Part shown: one piece after another, positions 1 to 5,575 of the stretch
Position numbering within the stretch: position 1 is the first letter of the stretch
Layout of the letters: the number at the start of each line of letters is the position of its first letter
Translations under genes and position numbers: made by a program
The notes under the pieces: generated by a model
What the model was told of the DNA's origin: nothing
The model's database searches: none
What the model saw: only the letters and a program-made list of their open reading frames with translations
NCBI GenBank assembly: GCA_038826135.1
Contig: JAWBON010000066.1
Coordinates: forward strand, 1 to 6,301
DNA from: Candidatus Odinarchaeota archaeon
Lineage (GTDB): Archaea; Asgardarchaeota; Odinarchaeia; Odinarchaeales; Odinarchaeaceae
Reading direction: 5' to 3'
Length of the DNA stretch: 6,301 nt

Positions 1-660
<660 letters not shown>

Positions 661-917
661 TAGTTAGCGGCCGCTAGCCTATTACCGCTAGAATTGGCTG
701 ATCTGTATTGCACCACATGTGTTGACCTTCATCAGGCTTGAAACGCGATCCTTTTAAAGACCGGTTTATTCAAGCCGTCATGTTATGAACCCGTGTTCGG
801 ATAAGCAACCTTTCATCCCATTGGTTTTACCTTCGGTTCAGGTCGACGCCTTTTGAACAACGGGTGTTTACACTACTGTGTAGCTGACGGTGAAACGCCG
901 TTTTCACGGCTCCCGCC
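661..917 (-). other. Pre-rRNA 5' leader (external transcribed spacer), structured
   Basis: GC-richer tract between the 16S 5' end and an abrupt switch to AT-rich sequence at 918. Stems GCCGU-GAAA-ACGGC, UACAC/GUGUA, CCGUCA/UGACGG, ACCCG-U-UGUUC/GAACACGGGU and GGCUUGAA/UUCAAGCC. Confidence 0.75.
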
Positions 918-940
918 ATATTTATTGATTGTTGAACAAA

Positions 941-948
941 TATTTAAA
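941..948 (-). promoter_or_regulatory. TATA box, proximal rRNA promoter
   Basis: TTTAAATA on the minus strand, centred ~27 nt upstream of the G at 917 where the GC-rich leader begins. Orientation is not fully certain because TTTAAA is symmetric. Confidence 0.65.
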
Positions 949-953
949 TTACA

Positions 954-980
954 CTTAACTGATTGTGTCAATCAGTTAAG
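954..980. repeat. Perfect 12-bp inverted repeat with 3-nt spacer
   Basis: CTTAACTGATTG-tgt-CAATCAGTTAAG, read directly. Confidence 0.9.
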
Positions 981-1061
981 GTCAGCCATATCATTTTTTG
1001 ATATGACCCTATCAAAAGGATAGTACTACCGAAGTAGTAACAGAATAGTGTTACAATCTGG

Positions 1062-1069
1062 TATTTAAA
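1062..1069 (-). promoter_or_regulatory. Second (distal) TATA box facing the rRNA gene
   Basis: Identical TTTAAATA on the minus strand, preceded by A-rich BRE-like CACAAAAAA. Confidence 0.45.
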
Positions 1070-1140
1070 TTTTTTGTGATTGAGAAATTAAGAAAGTATG
1101 TTGAAAACTAGCGGTTAACTTTCACCGATAGGATTAAAAA

Positions 1141-1148
1141 TTTTATAG
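1141..1148 (+). promoter_or_regulatory. TATA box for tRNA-Ala
   Basis: AAAAA-TTTTATAG (BRE-like plus TATA-like), ending 23 nt upstream of the tRNA 5' end at 1171. Confidence 0.55.
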
Positions 1149-1170
1149 CTTGTTATTATATTTAATTCTA

Positions 1171-1248
1171 GGGCGGGTAGTTCAGCCTGGAATGAACGCC
1201 TGACTTGCACTCAGGAGGCCGCGAGTTCAAATCTCGCCCCGTCCACCA
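1171..1248 (+). tRNA. tRNA-Ala(UGC), CCA encoded, no intron
   Basis: Acceptor GGGCGGG/CCCGTCC with the G3-U70 alanine identity pair, anticodon arm CCTGA-CT-TGC-AC-TCAGG (anticodon 1206-1208), T arm GCGAG-TTCAAAT-CTCGC, A73 followed by CCA. Confidence 0.98.
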
Positions 1249-1440
1249 ATAGAGTATTACAGCCACAGTTTACTTTGTAGACAGCTTATCAGTATCTGAT
1301 CAAATATAATAAACTGGTTTAGAGACGGTTGTCAAGCAGTGTTTTAAAGGGTGTTTTGATGAATAAAATATTTTCAATACTGGTGTAGTAAGCAAAACAG
1401 GTTTAGCTCCATCAGTCCCCGCCTTGCTATAATACTGCAA

Positions 1441-1458
1441 ATTAAAAAAATAAAAAAT
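1441..1458 (-). terminator. Oligo-U terminator after the ferredoxin gene
   Basis: Minus strand TTTTTTATTTTTTAAT about 10 nt after the stop codon; archaeal intrinsic terminators are U-tracts. Confidence 0.6.
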
Positions 1459-1467
1459 ATGTAGTGT

Positions 1468-1650
1468 TTACTCTAGTGTTATTGCACCTGTTGGACAGCT
1501 TGATTCACAAGCACCGCATTGAATGCATGCTTCAGGGTGAGCTACTTTAGCTTTACCGCCTACAATTTCAAAAACATTAGGATCCGCTGGGCAAACTTCT
1601 TGACACGTCCCAGAGCCGTCGCACAGGCTTGTATTTATTTTCGGTGGCAT
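1468..1650 (-). CDS. Ferredoxin, dicluster (4Fe-4S) fold, 60 aa; first motif CxxSxxCxxxCP
   Basis: CDGSGTCQEVCP and CIQCGACESSCP. Start moved from the track's GTG (1659) to ATG 1650 because that GTG is part of an AGGTGA Shine-Dalgarno (1656-1661). Confidence 0.93.
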   Translation of the reverse strand: MPPKINTSLCDGSGTCQEVCPADPNVFEIVGGKAKVAHPEACIQCGACESSCPTGAITLE

Positions 1651-1841
1651 ATAATTCACCTATTTACTCTCTCTGCAAGATAGTTATTTTTACTTCGACT
1701 CCCGCTTTAAAGATTTTCAAATCTTCAAAGGCTTATTTTCGAGCCCTCTATTGGGGAGGCTATAGAGAAGGAAAAATATAAGTTTTATGCTTATAAATAT
1801 ATTGGAGTAATTAAAAGCCAGTTATTTAAAATTTTACAGGA

Positions 1842-2294
1842 TTATTTTTTCTTAAAGAAAAGCCAGTTTTTACTAGATTGCTCACCACCTTTAAAACGTA
1901 GTAAAACATATTCGCCTTTTATTTTCTCACCTTCTAATTCGAAGTGAATTGATTCTGCGCTAATTTTTTTAATAATCAGTTTTCCTTTATCCCATAAGTT
2001 TACCATGCCTGCGCCGTATTCCCCTTCAGGGATCACACCTGTGAAATCAGCGTATGATATTGGATGATCTTCAGTCTGTACTGCTAATCTTTTAACCCCA
2101 TATTCTAAAGGCGGCGGCTTAGGTAAAGCCCAGCTTTTTAACACCCCGCTTATTTCCAGTCTTAAATCCCAGTGGAGATGGGTGGCGTGATGTTCCTGGA
2201 TAACAAAGATCGGGGTGTCTGTTACCCCGATTTTTCCCTCCGGTTCAGGGGTTTTTTTAAAATCTCTTTTAGACCTGTATTCATCCAAAGACAC
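1842..2294 (-). CDS. Stand-alone LigD 3'-phosphoesterase (PE) domain protein, ~150 aa
   Basis: YRSKRDFKKTPEP, QEHHATHLHWDLRLE, SWALPK, RLAVQTEDHPISY and GEYGAGMVNLWDKG match the LigD PE family. The track's start at 2375 lies inside tRNA-His; GTG 2294 gives the family-typical N-terminus (M)SLDEY. Confidence 0.93.
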   Translation of the reverse strand: MSLDEYRSKRDFKKTPEPEGKIGVTDTPIFVIQEHHATHLHWDLRLEISGVLKSWALPKPPPLEYGVKRLAVQTEDHPISYADFTGVIPEGEYGAGMVNLWDKGKLIIKKISAESIHFELEGEKIKGEYVLLRFKGGEQSSKNWLFFKKK

Positions 2295-2370
2295 AATAAG
2301 AATATTGTTTAAAGTCTTTAAAATCTTTAAGCTATTATAAATGATTATGGGGCCGGGGACGGGAATTGAA

Positions 2371-2392
2371 TTCACGACCTTTTAACATGGTT
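2371..2392 (-). other. tRNA-His intron 2, 22 nt, position 53/54, strict BHB
   Basis: Helix CACG/CGUG, bulges GG|A and AA|U, inner stem ACC/GGU, outer pairs G-U and G-C. Confidence 0.92.
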
Positions 2393-2407
2393 CCCGTGCC
2401 AAAGGCT

Positions 2408-2442
2408 GTGCAGAAAAATTAATCTGCGCACCATAGTGGCGT
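2408..2442 (-). other. tRNA-His intron 1, 35 nt, position 37/38 (38/39 if shifted to 2407-2441)
   Basis: Required to rejoin the anticodon arm. An A at both ends makes the boundary ambiguous by 1 nt. No strict BHB found by eye. Confidence 0.8.
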
Positions 2443-2574
2443 CCACAGGCCTCTAGGACTACCACTACCCCACCCCGGCCATAATATCAGTTAGGATATT
2501 AGCAACAATTATTTTTAAGCTTATTTCTATAAGGGCTATGCGATTAAGCGCAGAATATTAAACAAAAATAAATA

Positions 2575-2582
2575 TTTAAATC
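2575..2582 (+). promoter_or_regulatory. TATA box for the small-ORF-pyrBI unit
   Basis: AAAAATAAATA-TTTAAATC, ~20-27 nt upstream of the GAGGTG ribosome-binding site at 2602. Confidence 0.45.
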
Positions 2583-2612
2583 AATACAATATTAATATTC
2601 AGAGGTGGTATA

Positions 2613-2771
2613 GTGGTAAAATACAATAATTTATTCACCAAACCGATATGGCTAATTATAATATTTACAGGCAGTATAGGATTCTTATGGATTATTGAAT
2701 CATTAATAACAGTGCTCAAAGCTCATAGGAGTAGTAAAGCATACGTTCTAAATAGTCGAGGGAAGGATTAA
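2613..2771 (+). CDS. Putative 52-aa single-pass membrane protein (not in the ORF track)
   Basis: GAGGTG at 2602-2607, GTG at 2613, TAA at 2769-2771. Translates to MVKYNNLFTKPIWLIIIFTGSIGFLWIIESLITVLKAHRSSKAYVLNSRGKD. Confidence 0.6.
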   Translation: MVKYNNLFTKPIWLIIIFTGSIGFLWIIESLITVLKAHRSSKAYVLNSRGKD

Positions 2772-2772
2772 A

Positions 2773-3699
2773 ATGAATTTCAAGAATAGAAGCATTATTT
2801 CAATCAGGGAAATGAGTAGGAGAGATATAGATTACATTATAAATTCAGCTGAGAGACTTCAAGATAACTGGCAAAATTACAGTGACTGCTTAAAAGATAA
2901 GATTCTTGGAAACCTTTTCTTTGAGCCGAGTACAAGAACCAGAATATCTTTTGAAACGGCTATGAAACGCCTAGGAGGCAGAGTGGTGGGGTTTTCAGCC
3001 CCGGAGGGAAGTTCATTAGCGAAGGGAGAGAATTTAATAGACACTGTAAGAGTTGTCGAAAATTATTGCGATGCTATTGTCCTCAGACATCCACTGGAGG
3101 GGGCGGCGAGGCTAGCTGCGAACTATGTTAGTATACCTGTTATAAACGCTGGAACAGGCGCTGAAGAGCATCCTACCCAGGCACTCCTCGACTTATACAC
3201 GATATCGAAGGAGAAGGGTGGGATAGACGGGTTAAACATCGCTTTACTAGGTGATTTAAAATATGGGAGAACAATACATTCACTCACATACGGTCTATCT
3301 AATTATAAAGTTAAAATCACACTTGTAGCCCCCCCGTTAATGAAGCTTAGAGAGGAGATTATGGAAGATTTAAAAAGTAAGGGAATAGAGCTGAGGGAGG
3401 CAACCAACCTAGAAGATGTGATAAGCGAAGTTGATGTACTATATGTTACAAGAATCCAGCGTGAAAGATTCGCGGACCCGACCGAGTATGAGAGAGTTAA
3501 AGGCTCATACCACATAGACCTTAAAACATTGAATAACGCTAAAAAAGATCTAATAATTATGCACCCTCTACCAAGGCTTGAAGAAATAAGCACTGAAGTT
3601 GACGCTACAAAACACGCCGTCTATTTTAAACAGGTTAAATACGGTTTAATTATAAGGATGACTATTCTACTTTTAATATTCGGCTTCGAGTTAAAGTGA
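2773..3699 (+). CDS. pyrB: Aspartate carbamoyltransferase catalytic subunit
   Basis: FFEPSTRTRISFE, INAGTGAEEHPTQALLDL and MHPLPR motifs; 308 aa. Confidence 0.98.
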   Translation: MNFKNRSIISIREMSRRDIDYIINSAERLQDNWQNYSDCLKDKILGNLFFEPSTRTRISFETAMKRLGGRVVGFSAPEGSSLAKGENLIDTVRVVENYCDAIVLRHPLEGAARLAANYVSIPVINAGTGAEEHPTQALLDLYTISKEKGGIDGLNIALLGDLKYGRTIHSLTYGLSNYKVKITLVAPPLMKLREEIMEDLKSKGIELREATNLEDVISEVDVLYVTRIQRERFADPTEYERVKGSYHIDLKTLNNAKKDLIIMHPLPRLEEISTEVDATKHAVYFKQVKYGLIIRMTILLLIFGFELK

Positions 3700-3708
3700 G
3701 GTTGAAAA

Positions 3709-4173
3709 ATGTCTGAACAAGAACTCAGAATTAGAAAAATTCGAAACGGCACAGTTATAGACCATATAACCGCTGGAAACGCGTTAAATGTTATGAAGAT
3801 ATTAGGTATAACCGGTAAAGAAGGGCTTGTTGTAAGCGTTGCTATAAATGTTCCCAGCAGTAAATATGGTAGAAAAGACATACTAAAAATTGAGGAGAGA
3901 GAGTTAAAACAAGACGAAGTGAACAAGATTATTCTAATAGCGCCTAACGCAACAATTAACATAATAAAAGAGTACCAGGTCACCGATAAAAAAAGACTTA
4001 AACTACCCCCGGAGTTAACAGGGTTCCCTAAATGTGTAAACCCTAACTGTATAACTAACAGCGGTGAACCTGTTGAAACAGAATTCTATGTTGTTCAAAG
4101 CGAACCGCTTAGATTAAGGTGCAAATACTGTCAAAGAATAACAAGCCAGGCGGATATATTTAAACAGTTCTAG
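3709..4173 (+). CDS. pyrI: Aspartate carbamoyltransferase regulatory subunit
   Basis: IRNGTVIDHI, KDILKIE and Zn ligands CVNPNC...CKYC; follows pyrB with a GAGGT SD overlapping the pyrB stop. Confidence 0.98.
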   Translation: MSEQELRIRKIRNGTVIDHITAGNALNVMKILGITGKEGLVVSVAINVPSSKYGRKDILKIEERELKQDEVNKIILIAPNATINIIKEYQVTDKKRLKLPPELTGFPKCVNPNCITNSGEPVETEFYVVQSEPLRLRCKYCQRITSQADIFKQF

Positions 4174-4271
4174 TTTTATAAAATCCACTTCAAACCACAG
4201 CCGATATAGTTAAAAACAGGATAAATAAAATACAACAACGAAGCGGTAGTGAACATATAAGTGGGATTGAA

Positions 4272-4592
4272 ATGTCGGTTGAAGATCTCCGTGAAATAAG
4301 AAGTATTGAACAAGAAGCTCGGAAAATCATTGAAGACGCTGAAAATAAGGCGGATGAACTACTTAAAAAAATAGATTTAGATAAAAAGAGAATAGAGGAA
4401 GAGTTAAAAACTAAAACCAATGAGCGGATTCTTAAAATAAAGGAGACAGCTATTTCAGAGGCGGAGCAGCAGAGCAGGAAGATAATAAGTGAAAATGAAA
4501 AACTGGTAAAAGAGCTTACTGAAAAAACAGAGAAAAACATTGGTAAAGCGGCTGAAATGATTGTGAACATTATAATGGGGGAAGAGGTGTAG
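4272..4592 (+). CDS. atpH: A/V-type ATP synthase peripheral-stalk subunit H (V-type G homologue)
   Basis: 106-aa E/K-rich coiled coil (IEQEARKIIEDAE..., KAAEMIV), first gene of the ATPase cluster; its stop abuts the atpE start. Confidence 0.8.
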   Translation: MSVEDLREIRSIEQEARKIIEDAENKADELLKKIDLDKKRIEEELKTKTNERILKIKETAISEAEQQSRKIISENEKLVKELTEKTEKNIGKAAEMIVNIIMGEEV

Positions 4593-5222
4593 ATGATGTC
4601 TCAAACCGGATCCATAGAGCTCATAAAAAATAAAATCCTCAGCGATTCACGGTTAAAAGCGGAGGCCATTATAAATAAAGCTAGAGAAGATTACGAGAAG
4701 AATCTGAAAGAATACCGAGAAAATATAAAAAGAAAATATGAGAGTGCGATAGAGAACGCTGAGAGTGAAGCTAAGCAGGTAATAGAGAGGAAAATAGCTG
4801 AGACGAAAGTTTATGTAAACCGGATCATGCTGGATAAAAAAGAGGAGATCATAGAGAAAGCGTTCTCTAAAGCGTTTGATAAGCTAAAAACCATTGTTAA
4901 AACTGATAAATACAGAAAATTCATAGAAGAGATGATTTACACCACCGCTAAACATATGGGTGGCGGGGAACTCATAGTTTTAGTAAACAAGGAAACGGTG
5001 ATTGAAAACCATACGCTTGAGAAAATATCTCAGAAAGTTAGTAAAGAGTTAGGTGTTAAAACAAATATTAAACTGGGAAAGGAAAACCTCCAGGCAATCG
5101 GCGGAGTTGTGATGAAAAATAAGGAAGGCGATATCGAAGTGAACAATACGTTCGAAGCGTTAATAGAGAGAGCTAAAAGCTCTATACGAAGTAAAGTGGC
5201 TAAAACATTATTCACAACCTAA
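4593..5222 (+). CDS. atpE: A/V-type ATP synthase subunit E
   Basis: N-terminal coiled coil, C-terminal IGGVVM...IEVNNTFEALIER; GAGGTG SD at 4584-4589; the start may be ATG 4596. Confidence 0.93.
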   Translation: MMSQTGSIELIKNKILSDSRLKAEAIINKAREDYEKNLKEYRENIKRKYESAIENAESEAKQVIERKIAETKVYVNRIMLDKKEEIIEKAFSKAFDKLKTIVKTDKYRKFIEEMIYTTAKHMGGGELIVLVNKETVIENHTLEKISQKVSKELGVKTNIKLGKENLQAIGGVVMKNKEGDIEVNNTFEALIERAKSSIRSKVAKTLFTT

Positions 5223-5239
5223 ACCCGCAGGTGTAGTAA

Positions 5240-5569
5240 ATGAAAATTACTGTAGTAGCGGATGAAGACACTGTTCTAGGATTAAAACTGGCAGGCGTGA
5301 ATGAAACCTACACAGTCACTTCACCAGTTGAAGCTGAGAATAAAATAAGAGAACTTGCAGAACGCCCGGACGTAGGACTCATAATAATCACCGAGCAAAT
5401 AGGTGTAAAAATAAGAAAGCTGATTAACGATATAATTAGAAAAGGAATACCGATCATTCTAGAAATACCTGATAAAACAGGCCCGATGAAGGGTGTGGAA
5501 GACCCTATAAGAGAACTTGTTAAAAAAGCAGTCGGAGTGGATATAAAAATAGGCAAAAGCAGCAGGTGA
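5240..5569 (+). CDS. atpF: A/V-type ATP synthase subunit F
   Basis: MKITVVADEDTVLGLKLAGV, GLIIITE and PIILEIPD motifs; AGGTG SD upstream. Confidence 0.96.
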   Translation: MKITVVADEDTVLGLKLAGVNETYTVTSPVEAENKIRELAERPDVGLIIITEQIGVKIRKLINDIIRKGIPIILEIPDKTGPMKGVEDPIRELVKKAVGVDIKIGKSSR

Positions 5570-5575
5570 AATAAA

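Larger units (their letters stand above)
2348..2480 (-). tRNA. tRNA-His(GUG) with two introns, encoded G-1 and CCA (76 nt mature)
   Basis: G-1, then GCCGGGG/CCCCGGC, C73 and CCA. D arm GGGT-AGTGGTAG-TCCT, anticodon arm GAGGC-CT-GTG-GA-GCCTT (anticodon 2444-2446), T arm ACGGG-TTCAATT-CCCGT. The cloverleaf appears after removing 35 nt and 22 nt. Confidence 0.95.

Noticed and set aside
790-869. 5S rRNA-like words AAACACCCGT and CCGAACACGG in the leader
   Set aside because: They are ~60 nt too far apart and I found no matching helix II, IV or V; better explained as one leader stem. An Infernal RF00001 search would settle it.
661-917. Leader as SRP RNA, RNase P RNA or hammerhead ribozyme
   Set aside because: No SRP helix-8 motif, no RNase P GAGGAAAGUCC, and CUGAUGA lacks a correctly placed GAAA core.
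1391-1428. SECIS element serving the ferredoxin
   Set aside because: The ferredoxin has no in-frame UGA (the Ser codon is TCT), and the hairpin lies past the U-tract terminator.
1660-2347. Integrated element at the tRNA-His 3' end
   Set aside because: No duplicated tRNA 3' end (att site) and no integrase or transposase; TGGGGAGGC near 1752 is too weak a match.
2295-2375. 27-codon N-terminal extension of the phosphoesterase ORF
   Set aside because: It overlaps the tRNA-His 3' end and AT-rich promoter-like DNA; family similarity begins at V28.
2371-2392. Sequence relationship between the tRNA-His intron 2 and the 16S intron (AAGGTYG)
   Set aside because: Only 6 of 7 nt match in AU-rich hairpins, which is not enough to claim common origin.
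2401-2413. Alternative reading as tRNA-Cys (CT-GCA-CA before GCCTT)
   Set aside because: It would need C37; G-1, C73 and the body are histidine-type.
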